NCBI GenBank assembly: GCA_964490975.1 | Contig: CAZBEQ010000001.1 | Location: forward strand, 27,917-91,916 | Direction: 5' to 3' | Length of the DNA: 64,000 nt | DNA from: an uncultured Oscillospiraceae bacterium | Lineage (GTDB): Bacteria; Bacillota; Clostridia; Acetivibrionales; DTU013 | In this document: in pieces, positions 41,316-49,973 of the stretch | How positions within the stretch are numbered: position 1 is the stretch's first letter | Layout: every line of letters starts with the position of its first letter | Position numbers and translations under genes: made by a program | The notes under the pieces: generated by a model | What the model was told of the DNA's origin: nothing | What the model saw: only the letters and a program-made list of their open reading frames with translations | Database searches by the model: none

Positions 41316-42237
41316 CTTTACAAAGGAAGTATTCGAAGCCTTCCCCAATGAAACGGGCTCGCAAAAAAAGCTAGAACTTGATTCTGCTATTAATGTTTAC
41401 TATGGGGTGAGTAACGAAGGAAATCCGCGCCTTTCGTTCATGTCATCTGTTGCTCCACCCAAGATGGACTCCACGAAGCTGTTGAAAGTCATTCAAGGTA
41501 AAGAAATGGATGGGGTTTACTGGACGAGTTTTGATTTGCTTCAGGCAAACGCAAAACAAGTATTCTATTCCTTTTGCAGTGATCTTGTAGGTTCGGTAGA
41601 AAACATCGATGAAGAAAAGAAAGCCCTCGTTTACCTAAAGAATCGGTTCTATATCTGGAAGTCGATGTTTAAAAAGGGAAGCTTGAGTATCTCAGACGAA
41701 CTGTTAAAAGGACTTTTCGGTGAACTGTATTTTCTTCAAACATTTTTATCGGATAAGTACGGAATGGCTAAAGCCATAGAAGCATGGAGCGGAGCAGACG
41801 GAGCGGCTAAAGATTTTTCCGTCGGTACTGACTGGTACGAGATAAAAGCAGTGTCTTCATCTTCGGTAAGCGTAAAAATTCCATCCGTTTCTCAGCTTTC
41901 GTCCGATTTGCCCGGACATCTTGTCATAGTCAAAATTGAATTTATGTCACCTGTGTTTGTAAACGGAAAATCAAGTATAGGTGAACTGCTTCAGGCAATA
42001 TTGAACAAGATTGAAATTGATGAAGTCAGGGAAACCTTTCTCGGCAAGCTCGCTCAGTATGGTCTTGATTTGACTGATGAATGCTGTTTAAAAAAATTTT
42101 GCGTATCATCGATACATTTCTACACAGTTGATTCGGATTTCCCGCGCATTTTGGAAGAAGATGTTAAATACAAGGAAATTTGCAAAGTCAGCTATGAATT
42201 GATAATCAACTCTCTGGATCGGTTTAAGGAGGGGTAA
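41275..42237 (+). CDS. PD-(D/E)XK motif protein (DUF4420-like)
   Basis: AKDFSVGTDWYEIKAV gives the D...E.K motif. An alternative TTG start at 41308 follows GAGGAGGA. Confidence 0.7.
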   Translation: MVKILKRRNSTLSNFTKEVFEAFPNETGSQKKLELDSAINVYYGVSNEGNPRLSFMSSVAPPKMDSTKLLKVIQGKEMDGVYWTSFDLLQANAKQVFYSFCSDLVGSVENIDEEKKALVYLKNRFYIWKSMFKKGSLSISDELLKGLFGELYFLQTFLSDKYGMAKAIEAWSGADGAAKDFSVGTDWYEIKAVSSSSVSVKIPSVSQLSSDLPGHLVIVKIEFMSPVFVNGKSSIGELLQAILNKIEIDEVRETFLGKLAQYGLDLTDECCLKKFCVSSIHFYTVDSDFPRILEEDVKYKEICKVSYELIINSLDRFKEG

Positions 42238-42239
42238 CC

Positions 42240-44330
42240 ATGGATTTATTGGAATACAGAGAATACTATCTGAACCAAATTAAAGCCACTTCGATTGAGG
42301 AAGAAAGATATCCTTACGAGGTTTTCATTGATCTGGTTTCAGAAATAATGGTCAGTGACTGGTCGCTCCTTTCATGCATAGATCAGTGTTATTTCTCTGT
42401 TCCCACAGGCACCCGTGCGTTCAAGAGTATGCTTATCCATGCAGGTTCTCTTGAACTTTCCACAAATACGGTCAATCTGCTTTTTGCAGACTATAACTCG
42501 GAAGAGATCGCAAATATAACGAACACTGACATCAACACCCATAGCAATCAGATGGTTAGTTTCGTTGAAAATGCACTGAAAGGCTATTTCGCCAATGCTG
42601 AACAGTCTAATCCGGCTGTTCAGTTGGCTCTTAATATCAAGCGAAATGCCCCCGATATATACAAAATTCATCTCTTTATTATTAGCACCAATCAACTCAG
42701 CAAGCGTGTCAAGAGGATTGATTTGGACGATGTTCAGATACTGGGAAAAACCTATAAAGTTGAACTCGATATTATTGACTTTGAGAAGATTTTCAATGTT
42801 CAGCTTGCTTCAGCTGAAAAGGAAGATGTAGTAATTGACGTTGCAGAATTCGGTATTGACGGTATCCAGTGCATTAGAGCCGATATCGGAACTGGAAGCT
42901 ATGAAGCGTACCTCGCGGTCGTACCGGGAGAATTTCTATCCAATATTTATAAGAAATTCGGCCCGAGACTGCTCGAAAGAAATGTCCGTTCATTCCTTCA
43001 ACTACATGGCGGCGTTAACAAGGGAATCCGGGGCACAATCCTAAATGAGCGTCAGAATTTCTTCTCGTACAATAACGGCATCTCAACAACAGCAAAGCGC
43101 GTTACCTTGGTTGATATTCCGGGCAAAGGGATGTGTCTTACCTCTTTTACCGATTTGCAAATTATTAACGGCGGTCAAACTACCGCATCACTTGCTTCCG
43201 CAAGCATAAAAGATGGAGCGCCGCTTGACGGCATTTTCGTTCAGATGAAGCTTACCGTAATATTGGACGAAAGCGAAGAAGGCGATGAATTTGTCAGGAA
43301 AACATCCCAATACGCAAACAGCCAGAATAAAGTAACTTCTGCGGATTTGGTTTCAAACCATCCGTTCTATCTGCGAATAGAGGAATTCTCGCGCAAGATG
43401 TATGCGCCGCCGTCAAAGGGCTTACCATATCAGACGCTGTGGTTCTTTGAGCGTTCACGTGGGCAATACGATCAGCCAAAAATGAAAATGACAAAGAGCG
43501 AACGTGCCACTTACGAGCGTGTGAATCCTCATACCCAGCGTTTTGATAAGACCGATCTAGCTAAGTACATAAATTCTACTGACATGTTACCTTTCAATGT
43601 GGCTTGGGGACGTGAAGTAAACTCTGTACGCTTCCAAGTTGAAATGGAGAAGCAGTGGCGTAAAGATCCGTCTGTATTTAACGAATCCTACTATCGTGAA
43701 CTGATTGCAAAGGCGATTATTTTCATTAGCATCCGTAAAACTATTCTTGGGTTGGATTGGTACAAAGAGAACAAAGGATATTTAATCCAATTGGTCACAT
43801 ACACATTCTCAAAACTGATTTATGAAGTCCAGAAGCTCGGAAGAATGATGAACTACCGCCAGATATGGGATAAGCAGGAGCTGGCCGATTTTCTAACTGC
43901 CGATATTGCCTGCATTGCATTTGCTATAAGGGAATTGCTTATCAGTCCGAACCACGGCAACATTGAGACATACTGCAAGAACAGAGACTGCTGGACTGCC
44001 GTGCAGGAAATTCAGATTGAACTGAGTGGCTTAACGAAATCCTTTCTTGTTAGCAAGGACGATGTCCGTGACGAAAAAATCGCAGCAAAACGGGAGCAAA
44101 GATTTAGCGACGGGATATCGATTGAAGTTCAGGTATTCGAGTTCGGCGAGGAGTATTGGAGTCGCCTAATGTCAATTGGTAAACAGCAGGGATTGCTCAA
44201 CGGAGCGGATATTCAACTTCTCGGATTGGCAATAGAATATTGTAAAGGCTTGCGTGGCTTGCCCCAGTCGCATTTCAAGAAAATTATGGCTGTGCGCGAT
44301 AAACTTTTCGAAGCCCAAATTCCTGTATAA
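42240..44330 (+). CDS. AIPR (abortive-infection phage-resistance) family protein
   Basis: 696 aa with NNGISTT...IINGGQTTASL, typical of AIPR. It starts 2 nt after the upstream stop. Confidence 0.8.
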   Translation: MDLLEYREYYLNQIKATSIEEERYPYEVFIDLVSEIMVSDWSLLSCIDQCYFSVPTGTRAFKSMLIHAGSLELSTNTVNLLFADYNSEEIANITNTDINTHSNQMVSFVENALKGYFANAEQSNPAVQLALNIKRNAPDIYKIHLFIISTNQLSKRVKRIDLDDVQILGKTYKVELDIIDFEKIFNVQLASAEKEDVVIDVAEFGIDGIQCIRADIGTGSYEAYLAVVPGEFLSNIYKKFGPRLLERNVRSFLQLHGGVNKGIRGTILNERQNFFSYNNGISTTAKRVTLVDIPGKGMCLTSFTDLQIINGGQTTASLASASIKDGAPLDGIFVQMKLTVILDESEEGDEFVRKTSQYANSQNKVTSADLVSNHPFYLRIEEFSRKMYAPPSKGLPYQTLWFFERSRGQYDQPKMKMTKSERATYERVNPHTQRFDKTDLAKYINSTDMLPFNVAWGREVNSVRFQVEMEKQWRKDPSVFNESYYRELIAKAIIFISIRKTILGLDWYKENKGYLIQLVTYTFSKLIYEVQKLGRMMNYRQIWDKQELADFLTADIACIAFAIRELLISPNHGNIETYCKNRDCWTAVQEIQIELSGLTKSFLVSKDDVRDEKIAAKREQRFSDGISIEVQVFEFGEEYWSRLMSIGKQQGLLNGADIQLLGLAIEYCKGLRGLPQSHFKKIMAVRDKLFEAQIPV

Positions 44331-44374
44331 TGGTAATTACCGATAAAACGAACGGAAGAAAGGAGGATTTGAAA

Positions 44375-44668
44375 ATGTCGAACAGAAATTAGACACGCGA
44401 AGAAACAATTCTTGCTTTTTAGCGGTACTGTCACGTTCCTTTTGGCAAAATCCGTTAGTTAAGCAGTTAAGCAACAGTTATAGGCAAAACGCCGTCGGCA
44501 GTTAGTATGAAGATATGCAACTATGGAAGATTTAATTAGGCCTTAAAAAACCGATATATTTAGATATGGTCTACGTCATACTTTTTCAAAGCGTCAAGTG
44601 ACAAGATCAATTTTTATGCTCCCATCCTTCCGAAGATACCGGGGAAAGCGGGTAGAATACCTGCATAG
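44375..44668 (+). pseudogene. HNH-endonuclease-like gene remnant with multiple in-frame stops
   Basis: Intact RBS (AGGAGGA) and ATG. The translation is MSNRN*TREETILAF*RYCHVPFGKIR*LSS*ATVIGKTPSAVSMKICNYGRFN*ALKNRYI*. It resembles the N-terminus of PF13391-type HNH proteins (NWTREE...GRTPSAV.MK..N). Confidence 0.55.
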
Positions 44669-45066
44669 TATGAACCATATAAGGTTCGCGCTGAGATAGT
44701 AAGCAGTGGTCAATTCGATACATGATCATCGTTTTTTTACTTTCTTTTTCCGCTATTTACCTATTCACTCTTATGTATTATTCTGTTAGCGATGGTATTC
44801 ATTTTCTGTATACCATTCTTAAACAAATAAGTTGTTAACATTCCGTAAAGTTAATAACAGACCTTCAGAATAATTAATTTCAATAATTAGTAATTTACAT
44901 CGTATATCAGAATGTATTGTTTCCGCAATTGCTGTTAAGAATATTGTATCTTGAAGTCCGTAGTCATCAGGATGGAAACAAAGGAATATTTGTTATTAAC
45001 TTTTTTTAATATATGCTATCTAAGCTCACTATATAGTAATTATTTTTGAATGAGGTGGTGAATTAG

Positions 45067-46338
45067 ATGCAAAATACTTCACAGGGCGTGCATACATTTT
45101 CTTTTTTTCAAAGAGTAAAAGAGAATGAGTATTTTTCATTAAAGAGCGATTTCGAAAAGTATATTAAAGAGAAAGGTGAGTTGGAACGTCAGCCCATCAA
45201 AGATAAAAATGACCCAAAGAAAATAACAGGGTGGATATATACTTATGAAAGCAGAAAAGGAATCAGATGGGTGCTACATTCTACCAAAGTGAGTCATGAG
45301 TTTACTATATATGTTATTATGGGCATCATCACCCCGAAAGTCCTTATTGGAAATAATTACATAGCAGTCGCAAACGCAGCTGATCTTGATCAAGTTGAAT
45401 ATTTATTTAACAAAGAAGCAGAAAAAATTTCCCCTATATTGAACAAATTCGGGTTCTGTTCAATGAACCGTGCCGATCCCGGCTTAACTATTGACCTTAA
45501 AGAATTAAATTATCCCTGCTCCCCTGAACAGCTGACGATACTGATAAAACGTGGTGATATTCCGAAACATTTTGTTGAGCGGATGAAATATAACGACAAA
45601 GCTCATAGAAAAGAGGCTGATAAGTACAGCCATTATCTGGAGAATGACTCGGTTGTTATAAACTACTACTGGAAATACCCGAAGATAAATAAACACCACC
45701 CTGATTTTATAAACAAAGAAAATTTCCGTAATGTAATACGCTTTGAAACGGAATGCATGTACCGAAAATTATATTCAATATCGAAAAACTTAAAACGCAA
45801 TTCAAGATATTGCAAATCCTATGACGATATTCCGGTAGACGAACTTTTGGAGATGGCCGAGAATAATATCCGCAACCCATCAATTCCAATAGATGTCATG
45901 TTGTCCGATGATGTTTCCGCTAATGTCATCCGTAGCTACTTTAATAAAGTGATACGGCAGGGAGATTACTTAACTTTAGATGGTGCGAGATGGATGGTTG
46001 CGGCACATAATTTCAGACGGGATAAAGAAGAACGATTGATATTCGCTTTGGAGCTAATCAACGAATGTCGGAGTATTGCCAAAGCCAAAAAGAAACTGTA
46101 TGGCGAAGAAGTAAAAGAGTTCAAACGGTCACTAAATGATTTAGATGCCATACTGGTTAACCCTGTCACAATACCAAGAGAATGGGAAATTTTCTATATT
46201 CCCAATCCTATCCGAGCTTACTATAATTATATTACGGAAGAGCAATTAGTACCTAAAGCAGAAGTTCTGTTTGACAATCTTTTAGCAGAATATCTTTTAG
46301 AAACAAAGAGGCATAAAACACGTACCCAATCTTCTTAA
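45067..46338 (+). CDS. Hypothetical protein, weak resemblance to Rep_trans / gene II-type rolling-circle initiators
   Basis: 423 aa, AT-rich, good RBS. Spaced motifs NRADPGLTIDL, VINYYWKYPK and VIRFETECMYRKL loosely recall RxD..D / YdK / R.E blocks. Confidence 0.3.
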   Translation: MQNTSQGVHTFSFFQRVKENEYFSLKSDFEKYIKEKGELERQPIKDKNDPKKITGWIYTYESRKGIRWVLHSTKVSHEFTIYVIMGIITPKVLIGNNYIAVANAADLDQVEYLFNKEAEKISPILNKFGFCSMNRADPGLTIDLKELNYPCSPEQLTILIKRGDIPKHFVERMKYNDKAHRKEADKYSHYLENDSVVINYYWKYPKINKHHPDFINKENFRNVIRFETECMYRKLYSISKNLKRNSRYCKSYDDIPVDELLEMAENNIRNPSIPIDVMLSDDVSANVIRSYFNKVIRQGDYLTLDGARWMVAAHNFRRDKEERLIFALELINECRSIAKAKKKLYGEEVKEFKRSLNDLDAILVNPVTIPREWEIFYIPNPIRAYYNYITEEQLVPKAEVLFDNLLAEYLLETKRHKTRTQSS

Positions 46339-46675
46339 TTCTTATTATAATAAAATTATGGTACGCTGTATCCCATAGAGATTTAAAAAGCTTAAATCCT
46401 GTAGGGACTGCAAAAAACTTCGTAGTATTGAATCTGATAACGGAAACCTGACGAGGCTTGGTTGCGGGAAAAATTATTCGGCACGATTATGCACATATTG
46501 AATGTGTTTTAATTAGGTTGAAGAGAATATGATTCTTGGTTTTTGGGGAAAATATTTATTGATTGTTGGCTTCCGTTATGTTATTAGAAATTTCATAATC
46601 GTCAAATATCATAAAGCTATTGACGTTTTGTGTTTATTAGAATATTCCGCCTCTGGCAGTTGGAGAAGAGAAAAG

Positions 46676-46713
46676 GCTTGGAAACCATTGAGGCTAGAGG
46701 TTTCCAAGCTTTT
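46676..46713. terminator. Perfect 11-bp hairpin plus T-run in a 676-bp non-coding gap
   Basis: gcttggaaacc (46676-46686) pairs with ggtttccaagc (46699-46709), followed by TTTT. No CDS lies upstream. Confidence 0.5.
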
Positions 46714-47014
46714 ATCATTTGGCATAAAAGTGAGTAATACAGCTATTTTTTGTGGCTTTCAAAATATTTTTCATCTGGCTGGTTCCAACAATCTGGTAGT
46801 CCGTACGGAATCCAAAGGTATCATTCCTCGTCTTTTTATAGTGTGAGGTTTTTCAGTAAGGAATGAAGAGCTTTTATTGGAGAGCATAAGTTTGTCGATT
46901 TACATAAACAAATAAAGAAAAAGAAACATTTTGTACCGTATTAACAATTTGATTGACAATTCTGAGGTATAGTGATAACATTATGGCGCGGTACTTATAT
47001 TGGAGGTGCTATAA

Positions 47015-48436
47015 ATGAATAATTCAATTGTACGGATAGATAATATTTCTATTCGCAATTTCAAAAATGTCGTTAATGGCGAAGTATCTTTAATTAATAA
47101 TAGGAAAGAATATGAGACAAGTATTGTTGGATTGTATGGACAAAATGGTTCTGGAAAAACAGCTCTCATTGATGCTATTGAATTATTAAAGCTTACATTG
47201 TGTAGTCAACCAATACCTATCAAATATGCTGATTATATAAATGTTGATGCTCCATATTCGGAGTTGAAGTATATTTTAAAAGTTAACAATCCAAAAGAAA
47301 ATAGCATGTATACGGTATACTATGATTTTTGTATTAAGAAAGAATTAGATACTTCATCTCAAAATACAGATACACCTGATGTTGATGCTGAAAAATTCAA
47401 GGTAGCAATATTTAATGAAGTTCTTAGTTATTCATTTTCTTGTGATAAAGGTAGTAAAGATGATAATAGAAAGCAAAAAGTAATAGACACTCAGACCGAC
47501 GATGTCTTTATTCCGAAGACAAAATATGACTTGTTAACGAATAAAAATAAAAATGTTACCACTGACCTATTAGTTGCTAAAAAGCTGGCTTATGCAACGT
47601 CCAGATCCTTTATTTTTTCCAAAGAACTTTTAAGCGTCTTACGTAGCAATTGCAAAGTAGAATGGCATTTATTCTTATTTGAAGTTTTGGTTTATTACGG
47701 GAATTTTAATTTATTCGTAATAAACACTTCAAATTCTGGACTTATAAGCATGAACGCTCTTCCCCTAGCTTTTAAGTACGAGGAAAAAAATATGGGTTTT
47801 GTAGGCAACCTAACAATTCCACTAGAAGGTACAGCTACTATTCCGCAGGATGCTGTTGATCTTGTTAAAAAGCTAACCCAAAACATGAATATTGTCTTAA
47901 GTCAACTTGTTCCAGGATTAACAATAAGCATTAAAGACTTAGGTCCTCAAATATTAAAAAATGGTAAGATTGGTTGTAAAATTGAAGTAGTATCCCATAA
48001 AAATAGCAAGGAAATTCCTCTAAGATATGAATCTGATGGAATTAAAAAGATTATTTCAATTCTTCAGTTACTAATCGTAATATATAATAAGTCGTCTATC
48101 ACTGTCGCAATTGATGAATTAGATGCCGGAGTATTTGAATATCTTTTAGGAGAGCTATTACGAATAATCTCTGAGAAAGGAAAAGGACAGCTAATCTTTA
48201 CTTCGCATAATCTCCGACCATTGGAAACATTAGATAAAGGCTTTATAGCTTTTACAACAACTAATCCCGTAAATAGATATATCCGCCTAAATAATGTTAA
48301 AACTAATCATAATTTGAGGGATTTCTATTACCGTGATATTGTACTTGGTGAACAAAACGAAGAAGTGTACGAACCTACGAATAACTATGAAATTTCACTT
48401 GCATTTAGAGAGGCAGGTGAATTTAGTGGCACGTAA
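47015..48436 (+). CDS. ABC/SMC-like AAA ATPase (AAA_15/21 type; AbiLi/RloA/AriA-like)
   Basis: Walker A GLYGQNGSGKTA, Walker B VAIDELDAGV, H-loop FTSHN. Confidence 0.75.
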   Translation: MNNSIVRIDNISIRNFKNVVNGEVSLINNRKEYETSIVGLYGQNGSGKTALIDAIELLKLTLCSQPIPIKYADYINVDAPYSELKYILKVNNPKENSMYTVYYDFCIKKELDTSSQNTDTPDVDAEKFKVAIFNEVLSYSFSCDKGSKDDNRKQKVIDTQTDDVFIPKTKYDLLTNKNKNVTTDLLVAKKLAYATSRSFIFSKELLSVLRSNCKVEWHLFLFEVLVYYGNFNLFVINTSNSGLISMNALPLAFKYEEKNMGFVGNLTIPLEGTATIPQDAVDLVKKLTQNMNIVLSQLVPGLTISIKDLGPQILKNGKIGCKIEVVSHKNSKEIPLRYESDGIKKIISILQLLIVIYNKSSITVAIDELDAGVFEYLLGELLRIISEKGKGQLIFTSHNLRPLETLDKGFIAFTTTNPVNRYIRLNNVKTNHNLRDFYYRDIVLGEQNEEVYEPTNNYEISLAFREAGEFSGT

Positions 48437-49109
48437 AAAAATAGTATTTATTATCGTAGAAGGACCGTCCGATGAAGAAGCTCTGGGTGTTGTTTTAAGT
48501 AAAATATATGATAGCAATGCAGTGTATGTTCATATAATGAGATGTGATATAACTACCGAGAATGGCTCTACGCCAGCAAATATAATTACCAAAGTATATA
48601 ATGCAATAAAACAATATGCAAATGATAACCATTTTACCCAAATTCATTTTCAAGAAATTATTCATATCGTTGATACAGATGGGGCCTATATTTCTGAAGA
48701 ACTGGTCATAGAAGATAATACATTATTGGACCATGTGTATTCAACTGATAACATCAGAACACCAAACAAACAAGGAATCGCACAAAGAAACATCCAAAAG
48801 AGTGCGAATTTAAATAAACTGGCTTCGATAAGCACAATATGGGGCTTGCCTTATCAGATTTACTATATGTCGTGCAATTTAGACCATGTACTTTATAATA
48901 AAATAAATAGCACAAACGATGAAAAAGAAAGAGATTCTTTTAATTTTGCAAAACAATATAAAACTGATATAGAAGGCTTTCTATCTTATATTTGTCACTC
49001 GGATTTTTCTATAATGACCGATTACAGACAATCATGGGACTATATAAAAATGGGCTCTAATTCATTAAAGCGGCATACTAATTTAGGGCTTTGTTTAAAT
49101 ACCACATGA
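48426..49109 (+). CDS. RloB-like / TOPRIM-type partner protein (AbiLii-like)
   Basis: GTG 48426 overlaps the ATPase stop by 11 nt. Contains IVEGPSDE (Glu motif), IVDTDG (DxD) and MSCNLDHVLY. Confidence 0.55.
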   Translation: MARKKIVFIIVEGPSDEEALGVVLSKIYDSNAVYVHIMRCDITTENGSTPANIITKVYNAIKQYANDNHFTQIHFQEIIHIVDTDGAYISEELVIEDNTLLDHVYSTDNIRTPNKQGIAQRNIQKSANLNKLASISTIWGLPYQIYYMSCNLDHVLYNKINSTNDEKERDSFNFAKQYKTDIEGFLSYICHSDFSIMTDYRQSWDYIKMGSNSLKRHTNLGLCLNTT

Positions 49110-49379
49110 AGATTAACACAGTAAATTTACCCTCATAGATGGTAACCTTTGGTATATAAAAGGTGTTTCACAGTTTTAAAATTGTAGATCGGCGAAAAAT
49201 CCGTATTTTAACAAATGTTTCGAGATACTTCCTATAAAACAGTTGGGTACTATTTGGGTACTATACATATAAAATAATACCCAATAATATAACATCTTAC
49301 ATATGCATAGCCAATGCAAAACCTTTAAAATACAAGGTTTTTGCATGCAATTTAAATATACAAAACGACTAATCGAGTC

Positions 49380-49501
49380 CTGCAAAACCCTTATCCCCCG
49401 GTCCGAATCCGGGTGGCGCCTCCAACAAAAAGCCTCATTTACAGGGTTTCCCGTAAATGAGGCTTTTACCATTTATACTATTTTTATTGAATTGGGTACT
49501 A
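49380..49501 (+). repeat. attR-like direct repeat (3' 45 nt of tRNA-Cys plus 77-bp flank)
   Basis: 117 of 122 positions are identical to 24715-24836, including the hairpin at 49430-49468. Confidence 0.9.
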
Positions 49502-49843
49502 TTTGGCTGTCATATCTGTTGATAATCAAGTTGACTTCCTTAATTAGGAAATATAAAATATATTTACTAAGGTTCAGCCCGGTTGGAGATGATTTATCAT
49601 ACCAAACAAGAAGACTTCATCCTCTTTGGACCTCGTTGTAACCATGCTAAAAGCAGCGACATTCTTTCTAAATGAAACCTTTGAGTGAACACAGATAGTG
49701 TAAAGCAGCTTATGAAGAACAGGTTAAGCACTAGCAAGGTGCTCAAAAATGCAAGTTCAGGATGCACTTGGCCAACGGATTGCTCAAAATACGCAGGGTT
49801 AGGGGTAAAACTTAGAGAATGTTTACGAAAATTTTAACCAACA

Positions 49844-49881
49844 AGTCAACATAAATCGAGTAATGTACATTTATGTTGACT
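49844..49881. repeat. Perfect 13-bp inverted repeat (12-nt loop) nested in a larger imperfect inverted repeat
   Basis: agtcaacataaat (49844-49856) pairs with atttatgttgact (49869-49881). The outer arms are ttgctcaaaatacgcagggtta (49780-) and taccctgcgaatttgagcacc (-49925). Confidence 0.8.
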
Positions 49882-49973
49882 CAAATCAGTATCAACCCTC
49901 CCATTACCCTGCGAATTTGAGCACCTTATACAATCAGTCCGTTTAGTAACTGAACACGCATAGAAGGGAGCCT

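Larger units (their letters stand above)
24760..49424. mobile_element. tRNA-Cys-associated genomic island 1 (~24.7 kb, defence and phage/ICE-remnant cargo; no tyrosine integrase seen)
   Basis: Bounded by the 122-bp direct repeat containing the tRNA-Cys 3' end. TTGGGTACTA motifs cluster at both ends. The cargo is mobile-type, with several pseudogenes. Confidence 0.75.

Noticed and set aside
46529-46846. 105-aa ORF in the gap before the ATPase gene
   Set aside because: It has no RBS, reads through a perfect terminator hairpin and has an odd composition. It is unlikely to be coding.
49303-49641. 112-aa ORF, plus the 98-aa minus-strand ORF at 49176-49472
   Set aside because: Both read through the tRNA-Cys partial copy and its terminator hairpin (att region), and neither has an RBS. 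They are spurious.
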